Positions 29,139 to 39,381 of a stretch of 64,000 nt of DNA are shown here, piece after piece. Source of the stretch: Alphaproteobacteria bacterium (GTDB taxonomy: Bacteria > Pseudomonadota > Alphaproteobacteria > SHWA01); NCBI GenBank assembly GCA_009693995.1, contig SHWA01000001.1, positions 6,377 through 70,376 of the forward strand. The letters run 5' to 3'. The position numbers and the translations under genes were made by a program. Position 1 is the first letter of the stretch. The number at the start of each line of letters is the position of its first letter. A model generated the notes under the pieces. The model had not been told where the DNA came from. It saw only the letters and a program-made list of their open reading frames with translations, and ran no database searches.

Positions 29139-29163
29139 CCGCGTTCCCTCGGCCGCCCGCCCG

Positions 29164-30513
29164 TCAGTGCCGCTCGCGCCAGCGCTCGCCCAGAAGGTCG
29201 ATGCCGATGCCCTGGGTCTCGGCCCGGCCGAGCCCGAGATGCTGCCGCACCATCCCGGCGACCAGGCGCGCCGACTTGAACACCATGGCGATGCGCATCT
29301 GGTCCTGCAACTGACGGATGTCGGCAAGGGGATCGCCGTCCAGCACGACCAGATCGGCGAACCGGCCGGGCGCCAGGGTACCGATGAACCGCTCGCGCCG
29401 GAGCGCGCGGGCGGCGGTCCCGGTCGCGGCGATGATCGCCTGATGTGCCGTGAACCCTTGGGAGACGAGATATTCCAGCTCGCGCGCGTTGGTGCCGTGG
29501 GGGAAGCGGTTGCCGATGTCGCCGCCGGCGGCGATCGGGATGCCCGCCTCGCGCGCCTGCCTCAGGCTGCCGAGCCAGAGCGCCTCGTTCACCGCCATCT
29601 CGCTCCGCTGCTTGGGCAGCAGGTTCAGCTTGTCGCCAAGCTGGAGGACGCTGAACAGCGTGCAGAGCGTCGGCACCAGGATCGCATCGGAGGCGCGGAA
29701 GAGATCGACCGCCTCGTCGTCCAGGCGGGTACCGTGCTCGATGGTATCGGCGCCGGCGCGCAGCGAATACTTGACCGAATCGTAGGACTGGCAGTGCACG
29801 GCGACCGTGCGCCCACGGCGGTGCGCTTCGCCGACGGCGGCGGTGAGCTCCTCCTGCGTCACGGTGGTCATCCAGCTGTGGGCGTAGGGGCCGACCTCGA
29901 CGCCACTGGCGCCGATCTTGATGTTGTCGACGCCGGTCTTAATCTGGCGCCTGACTTCCTTGACGAACTCCCAGGGGCCGTTGGCGATGGCACCGAAGCC
30001 GTGCTCGCCGTGCCAGTGCGCCGGCAGGTTGTCGGCGAAGCCTGCGGTCGGGCAGATCGCCTGGCCGCTCGCCACCACCCGCGGCCCCGCGATGCGCCCG
30101 GCGACGATCGCGTCGCGCACGGTCGCGGCCACGTTGCCGATGGTCCCGACATCCCGCACGGTGGTGTAGCCGGCACCGATCAGGGCCTCGGCATTCAGGA
30201 TCGCGTTGACCATGCCGAGCTCGACCGTGCAGCGGTCGACGTCTTCGAGGCTGCGGAAACCGCGATAGACGAGATGGGCGTGGCAGTCGATCAGACCCGG
30301 CAGCACTGTCTTGCCGCCGAGATCGATCACCACTGCGTCCGCATCCCCGCGGCGCTGGTCGCCCATGGCGCCGACCGCCGCCACGCGCCCCTCGGCCAGG
30401 GTGACGAAACCGTCGTCGATCGGCTCCCGCGTGGTGCCATCGATGATACGGCCATGCACCAGGGAGACGGCGCGCCGGCCATCAGAGAGGGCGTTCAGGG
30501 TGGTGGGGTCCAT
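29164..30513 (-). CDS. Amidohydrolase family protein (imidazolonepropionase/prolidase-like metal-dependent hydrolase)
   Basis: 449 aa; PGLIDCHAHL metal-binding HxH motif. Confidence 0.8.
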   Translation of the reverse strand: MDPTTLNALSDGRRAVSLVHGRIIDGTTREPIDDGFVTLAEGRVAAVGAMGDQRRGDADAVVIDLGGKTVLPGLIDCHAHLVYRGFRSLEDVDRCTVELGMVNAILNAEALIGAGYTTVRDVGTIGNVAATVRDAIVAGRIAGPRVVASGQAICPTAGFADNLPAHWHGEHGFGAIANGPWEFVKEVRRQIKTGVDNIKIGASGVEVGPYAHSWMTTVTQEELTAAVGEAHRRGRTVAVHCQSYDSVKYSLRAGADTIEHGTRLDDEAVDLFRASDAILVPTLCTLFSVLQLGDKLNLLPKQRSEMAVNEALWLGSLRQAREAGIPIAAGGDIGNRFPHGTNARELEYLVSQGFTAHQAIIAATGTAARALRRERFIGTLAPGRFADLVVLDGDPLADIRQLQDQMRIAMVFKSARLVAGMVRQHLGLGRAETQGIGIDLLGERWRERH

Positions 30514-30545
30514 AGATCCTCCGCGGGAACGCGCTGCTCAGGGGC

Positions 30546-31868
30546 TCAGGCGGCGTCGAGTCCGCGGTTGAACCAGTCCGCGACTCGGAAATCGTCGCCC
30601 AGGATGCCGCGGTCGGCCGCCAGATCCACGCTTTTACCGTCCTGGAACGCACGCCAGAGATTGCGCTTGTCTCGGAGGATGCGGATGTCGGCGGCAGGGT
30701 CGCCCTCGACCACCAGGATGTCGGCGCGTTTGCCGGGCTCGATGGTGCCGAGATCGGCGGCGCGGCCGATCGCCAGGGCGGCGGTCTGCGTCGCCGCCGT
30801 GATCGTTTCCAACGGCGAATAGCCGAGGGCGACGAAATACTCCATCTCGATCACGCCGTCCGGGACGTGGGGGAAGCGGTGCGCCGCGTCGGTGCCGATC
30901 GCGACCTTGACGCCGAGTCCGCGCGCCATGGCCACCGTTTGCTTGGCGGCAACGTAGGCGTGGTGACACTCGCCCCGAACGCGCGCATCCGCCGGTGGGC
31001 TCCCCGGCGGAATATAGCGCGCCTGCAACCAGGCGAGCGTCGGGCTGAACACCACGCCGGCATCGCGCATCATGACCAGCGTCTCCTCGTCGGCGTACTC
31101 ACCGGAATGGAGCGAGACCACTCCGGCCTCGACGGCAGCCCGGATTCCGCTCTGCGAGTGGGCATGGGCATGCACCAGCTTGCCGAACCGCTTCGCCTCG
31201 ACCACGGCGGCCCGGATCTCCTCGCGGCCGAGGTCGTCGGTCAGGGCTGAGCTGTAGCGCGAGCCGGCGACGCCGCTGGCCGCGACCTTGATCCAGTCGA
31301 CCCCCGCCTTCACCTGATCGACTACGGCACGGCGGACCTGGTCCGGCCCGCTGACGATGGTGGCAAGCGCGGTTCGGCTCTCCAGCCGCAACCAGGGCGG
31401 CACGAAGTCATAGAGCCCCGCCGGTCCCGAGAGGATCGGCCCGGCGGCCACTACCCGCGGCCCCGGAATCTGTCCGCGCGCCACCGCATCCCGGATCGCC
31501 ACCGCGATGGCGCCCCGGCAACCGCCGTCGCCGATGGAGGTGAAGCCGGCGGCGAGCACGCTCCGCGCGTTCTCGGCCGCGGCCAGCGTGTTCGCCTCGA
31601 TGCTCTGGCGCGCATCCTGGGCCCAGACGTCGGGCTCGCTCCGGTGGTAGGCGAGGTGGGTGTGACAGTCGATCAGGCCCGGCATGATCGTCCGCCCCTC
31701 CACGTCGATCACCCGTGCATCACGCGCGGTCCGCAGACGATCCGCCGACCCTACTTGAACCACGCGCCCGGCCTCGATCACAACACCCGAGCGCGGCGCG
31801 GGCTCGCGCCCGGTGCCGTCGATCAGCAGTCCGTTGATCAGCAGGAGTGTCACTGGCCGGTCCCGCAC
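30546..31868 (-). CDS. Amidohydrolase family protein (paralog of the adjacent gene)
   Basis: 440 aa; PGLIDCHTHL motif; ~45% identical to the neighbouring amidohydrolase. Confidence 0.8.
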   Translation of the reverse strand: MRDRPVTLLLINGLLIDGTGREPAPRSGVVIEAGRVVQVGSADRLRTARDARVIDVEGRTIMPGLIDCHTHLAYHRSEPDVWAQDARQSIEANTLAAAENARSVLAAGFTSIGDGGCRGAIAVAIRDAVARGQIPGPRVVAAGPILSGPAGLYDFVPPWLRLESRTALATIVSGPDQVRRAVVDQVKAGVDWIKVAASGVAGSRYSSALTDDLGREEIRAAVVEAKRFGKLVHAHAHSQSGIRAAVEAGVVSLHSGEYADEETLVMMRDAGVVFSPTLAWLQARYIPPGSPPADARVRGECHHAYVAAKQTVAMARGLGVKVAIGTDAAHRFPHVPDGVIEMEYFVALGYSPLETITAATQTAALAIGRAADLGTIEPGKRADILVVEGDPAADIRILRDKRNLWRAFQDGKSVDLAADRGILGDDFRVADWFNRGLDAA

Positions 31869-31947
31869 CGAAGGGTTCCAGCCGCAGCTTGTGCGGCGCG
31901 GCCGATCCCGGTCAAGGGACGGCTGCCCGGCTCTTCTGTCCCCAGCC

Positions 31948-32544
31948 TCAGCCGAAGCGGGCGGACTCGATGATGCGCTCGGCCTCGTCCTTGAGCTTGC
32001 CGAAGTGATAGATGCGCGAGCCCTGGAAGAAAATCAGGTAGAGCTTGCCCTCGCGCACCGCGCCGGCGGCGATGCCGCGCCGCTCCAACTGGTCGGGCGT
32101 GGTCAGGGTGAAATCGAAGCGAAATCCGGGCACGCCGGCGAACGGGGCGGGGCGAAGCGCGGATGCCGAGGCGAGCGTCGAGCGGGTCGCGCGCGCCATG
32201 CTGGCCTCGAACAGCTCCATGATCTCGTTCGGCGACATGTCGGAGCGGAAGGTCGGCGGCTTCTCCTTCTTGGCGTCCGCCTCGGCCGACGCTTCCCAGT
32301 CGTCCTCGAACAGCGCCTTGCCGTGGGCGACGCCGGGAAAGATCAGCAGGCTGTCGAGGCTCTGGCCCTCGGTGGTCCACACCACCGCCGATCCTTTCAC
32401 CAGGTCGGCGCGCACCTGGTTCCAGGCGAGGGTGGGTTGCACGCTGAACCCGGGTGCCAGGTTGAGCCGCTTGGCCTCGACCAGGGAATAGTTGACGCAG
32501 GCCGACAGCAGGAGAACGGTGGTCACGAGCACGAGTCGGCGCAT
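31948..32544 (-). CDS. Lipoprotein of unknown function
   Basis: 198 aa; signal + lipobox LLLSAC. Confidence 0.6.
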   Translation of the reverse strand: MRRLVLVTTVLLLSACVNYSLVEAKRLNLAPGFSVQPTLAWNQVRADLVKGSAVVWTTEGQSLDSLLIFPGVAHGKALFEDDWEASAEADAKKEKPPTFRSDMSPNEIMELFEASMARATRSTLASASALRPAPFAGVPGFRFDFTLTTPDQLERRGIAAGAVREGKLYLIFFQGSRIYHFGKLKDEAERIIESARFG

Positions 32545-32550
32545 GGCGTG

Positions 32551-33732
32551 TCAGCTCCCCGGAGTGAGGTAGGATTCGATCATCGCGCGATCGGCCGCTT
32601 CGGGCCTGAGCGCGAGATAGCGCCGGAAGGAAGCGCCGGCGGCGTCGCCTTCTCCCGCCTTGCGCTGCAGCAAACCGAGGGAGCGGTGGGCCTCGGCCGG
32701 CGCGTCGGCATGGGCGAGGGCCAACTCGAAGGCCTCGCGCGCCGGCCGCTCGTCGCCACTCTCGCCGCGCATGCGGAAAGCCTCACCCTTGTAGAAATGG
32801 AGCTCGCCCAGGCCATCCCCCTCGCCGATGAGCTGGTCCAGGACATAGATGGTGCGACCGAATTGCCTGAGCTTCAGCTGGTCGGTCAGCAGCCAGCCGC
32901 GATGCTGGCGAAGCGCGCCGGCAAGGCGTTCGCGACCGAGGGCATCGACACCTGGCGGAGTGTGGGTCGCCGCCAGCCGGCGCAGGGTCTCGGCGCGCTC
33001 CTCGGGCGCGGGGTGGGTGGCGAACACGATCTCGCGCTCCGGTTTGACCTCGGCCGCGCTGGTCTCGGCGATCAGCTGCTCCCAGACTCGCGCCGCCTCG
33101 ATGGGCGCGAACCCCGCCTTTACCATTGCCGCCTGGCCGAATTCGTCCGCCTCACGCTCCTGGTCGCGTGTGTAACTGAAGTAGCCGGCGATAATCGCCA
33201 GGTGTGCGAGGTCACCGACGATACCCAACCCAGCCAACGCCAATCCCATACGGAAGAAGATGGCGAAGTCGGTCGCATTGCGGACGCCGCGCCAACGCAC
33301 CAGCGAGTGCTGCCGCGCGTAATGGCCGAGCTCGTGGCCAATGACGGCGGCGAGCTGCGCTTCGTTGCGCACCCTGAGCAGCAGGCCGCTCCAGACCTGC
33401 ATCATGCCGTTCGGCGCCATGCTGGCGTTGAAGTAGGGCGTGCGCAGCAGATAGATCCGGACGTCGGGGCAATAGTCGCCAATGACCCGGCACGCGACCT
33501 CGCGCACATAGGCGTTGAGCGCCGGGTCGCGCAGAAGGAACGGCGAGCGCTGGATGTCCGCCTCGGCCTGCTCCATCTGGTACCAGAGCCCGGACTCATC
33601 GGCGGCGGCGGGCCGGTATCCCGGACTGATGGTCGGCGCCGGTGGGCTGTCGCCGCCAGTGGTTACGCAGGCGCCCAGGAGCGAACCCACACACCCGCAG
33701 GAACAGACCAGGAATCCGCGTCGTGTCAGCAT
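32551..33732 (-). CDS. M48-family zinc metalloprotease with C-terminal TPR-like region, Tat-signal lipoprotein
   Basis: 393 aa from ATG 33730-33732; N-terminus MLTRRGFLVCSCGCVGSLLGAC (twin-Arg + lipobox); HELGHY (HEXXH) zinc motif; BepA-like architecture. Confidence 0.8.
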   Translation of the reverse strand: MLTRRGFLVCSCGCVGSLLGACVTTGGDSPPAPTISPGYRPAAADESGLWYQMEQAEADIQRSPFLLRDPALNAYVREVACRVIGDYCPDVRIYLLRTPYFNASMAPNGMMQVWSGLLLRVRNEAQLAAVIGHELGHYARQHSLVRWRGVRNATDFAIFFRMGLALAGLGIVGDLAHLAIIAGYFSYTRDQEREADEFGQAAMVKAGFAPIEAARVWEQLIAETSAAEVKPEREIVFATHPAPEERAETLRRLAATHTPPGVDALGRERLAGALRQHRGWLLTDQLKLRQFGRTIYVLDQLIGEGDGLGELHFYKGEAFRMRGESGDERPAREAFELALAHADAPAEAHRSLGLLQRKAGEGDAAGASFRRYLALRPEAADRAMIESYLTPGS

Positions 33733-33740
33733 CGGCCGCT

Positions 33741-34445
33741 CTACTTCGGAAACCCTGTCATCAAGCTTTGCACCGTCTCGCGCGCGAGCTCCTGCGTACG
33801 CAAGTCGCCACCCCGCCGCAGCAGGCGGTTGAACCAGACGACATTGCCCGAGCGCAGATCGACGAGCATGGCGAAGCCGACCTGCTCGCCAAGCGGCGCT
33901 CTGACGCCGAACATCGCGGACAGCACGAACACCGCGGCGCGGCCGGCCGTGGTGTAGCTGTCGCGCACATAGAGCAAAAGGCCATAGTCCGCATCCGTCC
34001 GCTGTGCCAGAGACTGCACCTCGGGGCCGATCGACCAGTCGAATTGATCGCGTTTGCTGGGCAAGGCGAGGCCCGGTCCCACTTGGTTCATCAGGATCGT
34101 GGTGCCCACGGCGCCGTTCAACTTGACCAGTTGCACCTCGTCCGCATTGTTGGGATCGAACGTATAACCGACCAGCCGGGAGTTGCGCGCTGCCAACTCG
34201 CCGCGCAGCGCAGTATCGATGTGCTGCAGCGCCGCCTTGGTCCATTCGGCGTTGGGCTCCTGCGTGCCACCGGCGTTCAGCTCCGACAGCTCGACATCGA
34301 GTGGCATGAGCAGGATGCGGGGTTCGCTGCGCTCGCGCCGAAGATCGGTGATCTGCGACTGCGACGTCCCCACGCATCCGGACATGGATAGCAGCACCAC
34401 GACCATGCCGCAGAGCTGCGCCAGCGCCGGCCCGCGCCGCTGCAT
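33741..34445 (-). CDS. Lipoprotein of unknown function
   Basis: 234 aa; lipobox LLSMSGC; 8 nt upstream of M48 gene. Confidence 0.6.
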   Translation of the reverse strand: MQRRGPALAQLCGMVVVLLSMSGCVGTSQSQITDLRRERSEPRILLMPLDVELSELNAGGTQEPNAEWTKAALQHIDTALRGELAARNSRLVGYTFDPNNADEVQLVKLNGAVGTTILMNQVGPGLALPSKRDQFDWSIGPEVQSLAQRTDADYGLLLYVRDSYTTAGRAAVFVLSAMFGVRAPLGEQVGFAMLVDLRSGNVVWFNRLLRRGGDLRTQELARETVQSLMTGFPK

Positions 34446-34549
34446 CGTGGTCCTTCCTCGACTCTGCATCGACACCATGTTGTTCTTCTCCCCAGCGCCG
34501 ATAGAATTATTTTAGCATTCATTCGCCGCCGATTAGATAGGAACTAAGA

Positions 34550-35791
34550 GTGAACGATCCGGCCTCTCGCATCATGGCGCGGTGCGTCGAGTTGCGCGGC
34601 ATCAGCGCCGACCCCACGGCCTACAGCCGCCACTATCTGACCGCCGAGCATCGCGCGGCCGCCACGCTGGTGACCGGCTGGATGCGGGCGGCGGGAATGG
34701 CGGCCCGCCTGGACGCGGCCGGCAACGTGGTCGGCCGCTACGAGGGCGAGAGGCCCGCCGCCGCCGCCCTGCTGCTCGGCTCGCACCTCGATACGGTGCG
34801 CGACGGCGGCACCTACGACGGCCAGCTCGGCGTGGTGACTGCGATCGAGGTGGTGCAGGCCCTCAGCGACAGCGGCCAGCGGCTAGGTTGCGCCATCGAG
34901 ATTTACGCCTTCGCCGACGAGGAAGGCGTGCGGTTCTCGTCGGGCTATATCGGCTCGGGCCTGGTTGCCTGCGGCGAGACCGGGGTCGCGCTGAATGCCC
35001 ACGACGCCGGGGGAACCACGTTCGCCGAAGCGCTCGCCGCCTTTGGCCTGAATCCGGCCCGCCTGGCCGAAGCCCGCCGCCGGCCCGAGGAGGCGCTCGC
35101 CTATCTCGAGCTGCACATCGAGCAGGGACCGGTGCTGGAGGCGGAAGGACTCGCCGTCGGCACCGTCACCAGCATCACCGGCCAGAGCCGCCTCGCCGCG
35201 ACCGTCGCCGGCGTGGCCGGCCATGCCGGGACGGTGCCCATGACGCTGCGCAAGGACGCCCTCGCCGCGGCGGCCGAGGCGATCCTCACTGTCGAGCGGG
35301 TCGCCCGTTCCAATCCTGGGGTGGTCGGCACGGTCGGAATCGTCGGCGCCGGTCCCGGCGCGGTCAACGTGATCCCCGGTCAGGCGCGCTTCACCGTCGA
35401 TCTGCGCTCCGGCATCGACGCACGCCGCCAACGCGCCCTCGCCGACGTGCTTACGGGGTTTCGCACCATCGCCGAGCGGCGCGGGGTCGCCATCACCTGG
35501 GATGTCCGGGTCGATGCACCGGCAACGCCCTGCGATCCGCATTTGATGACCCTGATCGACCGCGCATGTGCGGCGGAAACGGGGCGCGCATTCCGCCTCC
35601 CCTCCGGCGCCGGCCACGACGCGGCGGAGATGGCGGCCCTCTGCCCGTCCGCCATGATCTTCCTGCGCTGCCGGGACGGCATCAGCCACAACCCGGCCGA
35701 GTCGATCACGCCCGAGGATGCCGCCGCCGGGCTGCGCACTCTCGCCCGCGCCGTCCAGATGGTGGCCGCCGACCCGCCGCGGCGGGGCTGA
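34550..35791 (+). CDS. M20-family Zn-dependent amidohydrolase (allantoate amidohydrolase / N-carbamoyl-L-amino-acid hydrolase-like)
   Basis: 413 aa (GTG start); metal ligands GSHLDTV, ...ADEEG, ...HAGT... Confidence 0.8.
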   Translation: MNDPASRIMARCVELRGISADPTAYSRHYLTAEHRAAATLVTGWMRAAGMAARLDAAGNVVGRYEGERPAAAALLLGSHLDTVRDGGTYDGQLGVVTAIEVVQALSDSGQRLGCAIEIYAFADEEGVRFSSGYIGSGLVACGETGVALNAHDAGGTTFAEALAAFGLNPARLAEARRRPEEALAYLELHIEQGPVLEAEGLAVGTVTSITGQSRLAATVAGVAGHAGTVPMTLRKDALAAAAEAILTVERVARSNPGVVGTVGIVGAGPGAVNVIPGQARFTVDLRSGIDARRQRALADVLTGFRTIAERRGVAITWDVRVDAPATPCDPHLMTLIDRACAAETGRAFRLPSGAGHDAAEMAALCPSAMIFLRCRDGISHNPAESITPEDAAAGLRTLARAVQMVAADPPRRG

Positions 35792-35792
35792 C

Positions 35793-36413
35793 TCAGCCGC
35801 GGCGCGGCTGGCGCAGCTCCAGCCCATGCTCGGCAGCGGACGTCGCAAGCCACGACCAGAGGCTTCCGGCCAGGCTGCGGGACGCCATCAGCTCGTAGAC
35901 CAAGGCGTCACCGATGCGGGTGATCTGCACGCCGATATAGGCGACCAGGGTGTTGGCGGCCGCGCCGGCGGTGAAGACGGCGGGGTGCAGATCGACGGGG
36001 ATGCCCTTGGCCAGGGCGTCCAGGACCCGGGGACCCGAGACTTCCAGCACCACCCGTCCATCGGACTGGTCGGCGACCGCCGCGCGGCCGGCGAGCGCGG
36101 CGCCCAAGCGGGCGACGAAATCGCGCCGCGCATCCCCTTCCGCCGCCACCAGCCATTGGTCGGGCCCGACCCCGGTGAAGGCGACGCCGCGGGCGGCGAT
36201 CCGGCGCGGCCCCGGCGGCAGATCGAGGCTGAAGGCGGAGCGCACGGCCTCGGCCACGGCGCCCCCCTGGCCGTGACGGGCAATGACACTCGCCAGCACC
36301 CGATCGGCGCGCTCCTGGACCAGGACGCCGGCGGGGCCGTCGGCCAGGCCATAACGACCGGGCCGGGCCATGTCTTCCAGCGGCGTACGCGGGACGAGGC
36401 GCGCCTCAGCCAT
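35793..36413 (-). CDS. soxG: Sarcosine oxidase gamma subunit
   Basis: 206 aa; last gene of soxBDAG; start overlaps soxA 3' end by 8 nt. Confidence 0.8.
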   Translation of the reverse strand: MAEARLVPRTPLEDMARPGRYGLADGPAGVLVQERADRVLASVIARHGQGGAVAEAVRSAFSLDLPPGPRRIAARGVAFTGVGPDQWLVAAEGDARRDFVARLGAALAGRAAVADQSDGRVVLEVSGPRVLDALAKGIPVDLHPAVFTAGAAANTLVAYIGVQITRIGDALVYELMASRSLAGSLWSWLATSAAEHGLELRQPRRG

Positions 36414-39381
36414 GCATGCGCCCTCCGTCCGGGTCGAAATGCACGGGATGGCAGACCTCGACCGGGATGTCGCCGCTGCGCACCGGATCGTGGGCGATCA
36501 CGCGCTCGCCGATGCGCGCCGGCCCGCGCGCGATCAGGCCGAGGCCGATCCATTGGCCGCGCATGGGCGAGTAGGCGACCGAGGTCATGTAGCCGAGGTC
36601 GTAGGCCTCGGTCGCCGGCGCGCCCTGGGGCAGGAAATGCGCGCCGGCATAGAGCCGCTGTGCCGGGTTCACCGGCCGCAAACCGACGAAGCCCCAGCGG
36701 TCCGCCTCGTGAAAGGCGGGGCGGGCGGCGGCGACGCGGCCGATATAGTCCTTGCGCGTCGACATCATGCGCCCGAGGCCGAGGTCGCGCGCCGTGGTCT
36801 GCCCGTTCAGCTCGTTGCCGGCGACATGGCCCTTCTCGACGCGCATCACGCCGAGGGCCTCGGTGCCATAGGGTGTGATGCCGAACTCGGCGCCCGCCGC
36901 CATGATCGCGCGGATCAGGGCGTCGCCATGGCGCGCCGGAATGGAAATCTCGTAGGCGAGCTCGCCCGAGAAGGAGATGCGGAAAAGCCGCGCGAACTCC
37001 CCGCCGAGGACCGTGATCTCGCGCGCCGCCATGAACGGGAACGCGTCGTTGGCCAGGTCGTGCTGGCGGTCGACGAGCTTCTGCAACAGGTCGCGGGTGC
37101 GTGGCCCGGCGAGCGAGAACTGCGCCCACTGGTCGCTGACGGAGACCATCTGCACGTCGAGGGCCGGCCACAGCACCTGGTGGCAGAATTCCAGATGCTG
37201 CATGACCTTGCCGGCGTTGGCCGTGGTCGTGGTCATGAAGTAGTGGTCGGGCGCGAGGCGCGAGGCGGTGCCGTCGTCCATGACGATGCCGTCCTCGCGC
37301 AGCATCAGCCCATAGCGCGCCTTGCCCACGGCGAGCGTCGAGAACATGCCGGTATAGACGCGGTCGAGAAAGGCACCGCAGTCGCGCCCCTGGAGGTCGA
37401 TCTTGCCCAAGGTCGAGACGTCACAGACGCCGGCACCGGCGCGGGTCGCGCGCACCTCGCGGCTGACGCTCGCGAGCCAATCGGTCTCGCCGGGGAGCGG
37501 ATACCACTGGGCCCTGAGCCACGGCCCGGTCTCGACGAAGACCGCCCCCCGCTCCGCCGCCCAGGCGTGGGAGGGCGGCAGCCGGGTCGGGCGGAAGTCC
37601 TTGCCCCGGTGGTGGCCGGCGATCGCGCCGATCGCGACCGGCGAATAGGGCGGGCGGAACATGGTGGTGCCGACCGCGGCGATGCCGCGCCCCGAGGCCT
37701 CGGCCAGGATCGCGAGGCCGTTCACGTTGGCGGTCTTGCCCTGGTCGGTCGCCATGCCGAGGGTGGTGTAACGCTTCAGGTGCTCGACCGAACGGAACCC
37801 CTCGCGCACGGCGAGGCGCACGTCGCTCACCGTTACGTCGTTCTGGAAATCGACGAACGCCTTGCCCGCCCCCGCCACGAACCAGAGCGGGGTGATGGCG
37901 GCCGGTTCGTCGTCGGCACGCGGTGCCCGCGCGGCGGCAGACTTGAAACCAAGCTCCTCGGCCGCCGCAGCGCCAGCGGCCGCGCCGGCGGCGAGACAGC
38001 GGGCGAGGGTGAGGTCGCCGGCCGCCGCGCCGGCAACCCGCATGCCCGGCGGCAGCGGCCCCGGCAGGAAAGCCGCCCGCGCCTCGTCCCAAACGGGGCG
38101 GCCGCCCAGATGGCAGGTCAGGTTCACCACCGGGCTCCAGCCGCCGGCCATGGCGAGCAGGTCGCAGGCGATGGTCGCGCGCCGGCCGTCGGCGTCCACG
38201 ATGGTGACGCCGTGCACCCCGCGCCCCCTCTGGACCCCGACCACGCGCCCGCCGAGAATGGCGCGGCCAACTGAATCTTGGCGTACCCGCGCCGCCACCT
38301 GGGGCCGCGCGTCGATCACCGCCGCCACGCGCAAGCCCGCGGCAGTGGCATCGTGCGCCGTCCGCCAGCCGTCGTCATTGCAAGTGAAGACCACCATGTC
38401 GCCACCGGGCACGGCCGCAAAGCGGTTGAGATAGCTGCGCACCGCGCCGGCCAGCATCACCCCCGGCCGATCATTACCGGGAAACACCAGCGGGCGCTCG
38501 AGGGCGCCGGCAGCGAGCACCGCCCGCTTCGCCGTGATGCGCCAGCTGCGCTGGCGCACGGTGTGCGGCGGCGGCACGGGCAGGTGGTCGGCCACCCGCT
38601 CGAGCGCGCCATAGGTGCCGTGGTCGAAGGTGCCGAACACGGTGGTGCGCGGCATCAGCCGCACGTGGGGCAGCGCGCCGAGTTCGGCGAGGGCGGCGGC
38701 GACCCACTGGGCGGCGGGTCGCCCGTCGATCTCCTGCCGCTCGGCAAGGAGGCGGCCGCCGCAGGCGAAGTCCTCCTCGGCCAGGATCACGCGCGCCCCG
38801 GCCCGGCCGGCGGCGAGCGCCGCGGCGAGGCCAGCCGGGCCTGAGCCGATCACCAGCACGTCGCAGAAGGCGAAGGCCTTCTCGTAATGGTCGGGATCCG
38901 CCGCCGCCGCGGCGCGGCCCAAGCCGGCCGCGCGCCGGATCATCGGCTCATACAGGCGCTCCCAGAGGCCCGCCGGCCACATGAAGGTCTTGTAGTAGAA
39001 CCCGGCGACGAGAACCGGCGCGAGCAGACCGTTCAGGGCCAGCACATCGAACCCGAGGGACGGCCAGCGGTTCTGGCTGGTCGCCTCCAGCCCGTCGTAG
39101 AGTTCGGCGAGCGTGGCGCGGGTGTTGGGCTCGCGCCGCGCGCCGGTGCGCAGCTCCACCAGGGCGTTCGGCTCCTCGCCACCGGCCGAGAGGATGCCGC
39201 GCGGGCGGTGGTATTTGAACGAGCGCCCGACCAGCCGGACCCCACTCGCCACCAAGGCGGAGGCGAGCGTGTCGCCGGAGAAGCCCTGATAGGGCTGGCC
39301 GTCGAAGGTGAAGCCGAGCGCACGGCCGCGGTCGATCTGACCGCCCGAGGAGAGCCGCAGCGCCTGGCCGATCGCTGCCAT
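36406..39381 (-). CDS. soxA: Sarcosine oxidase alpha subunit
   Basis: 991 aa from ATG 39379-39381 (MAAIGQALRL); NAD/FAD dinucleotide folds and C-terminal aminomethyltransferase (GcvT-like) folate domain; track's 1567-aa ORF is a run-through. Confidence 0.9.
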   Translation of the reverse strand: MAAIGQALRLSSGGQIDRGRALGFTFDGQPYQGFSGDTLASALVASGVRLVGRSFKYHRPRGILSAGGEEPNALVELRTGARREPNTRATLAELYDGLEATSQNRWPSLGFDVLALNGLLAPVLVAGFYYKTFMWPAGLWERLYEPMIRRAAGLGRAAAAADPDHYEKAFAFCDVLVIGSGPAGLAAALAAGRAGARVILAEEDFACGGRLLAERQEIDGRPAAQWVAAALAELGALPHVRLMPRTTVFGTFDHGTYGALERVADHLPVPPPHTVRQRSWRITAKRAVLAAGALERPLVFPGNDRPGVMLAGAVRSYLNRFAAVPGGDMVVFTCNDDGWRTAHDATAAGLRVAAVIDARPQVAARVRQDSVGRAILGGRVVGVQRGRGVHGVTIVDADGRRATIACDLLAMAGGWSPVVNLTCHLGGRPVWDEARAAFLPGPLPPGMRVAGAAAGDLTLARCLAAGAAAGAAAAEELGFKSAAARAPRADDEPAAITPLWFVAGAGKAFVDFQNDVTVSDVRLAVREGFRSVEHLKRYTTLGMATDQGKTANVNGLAILAEASGRGIAAVGTTMFRPPYSPVAIGAIAGHHRGKDFRPTRLPPSHAWAAERGAVFVETGPWLRAQWYPLPGETDWLASVSREVRATRAGAGVCDVSTLGKIDLQGRDCGAFLDRVYTGMFSTLAVGKARYGLMLREDGIVMDDGTASRLAPDHYFMTTTTANAGKVMQHLEFCHQVLWPALDVQMVSVSDQWAQFSLAGPRTRDLLQKLVDRQHDLANDAFPFMAAREITVLGGEFARLFRISFSGELAYEISIPARHGDALIRAIMAAGAEFGITPYGTEALGVMRVEKGHVAGNELNGQTTARDLGLGRMMSTRKDYIGRVAAARPAFHEADRWGFVGLRPVNPAQRLYAGAHFLPQGAPATEAYDLGYMTSVAYSPMRGQWIGLGLIARGPARIGERVIAHDPVRSGDIPVEVCHPVHFDPDGGRMHG

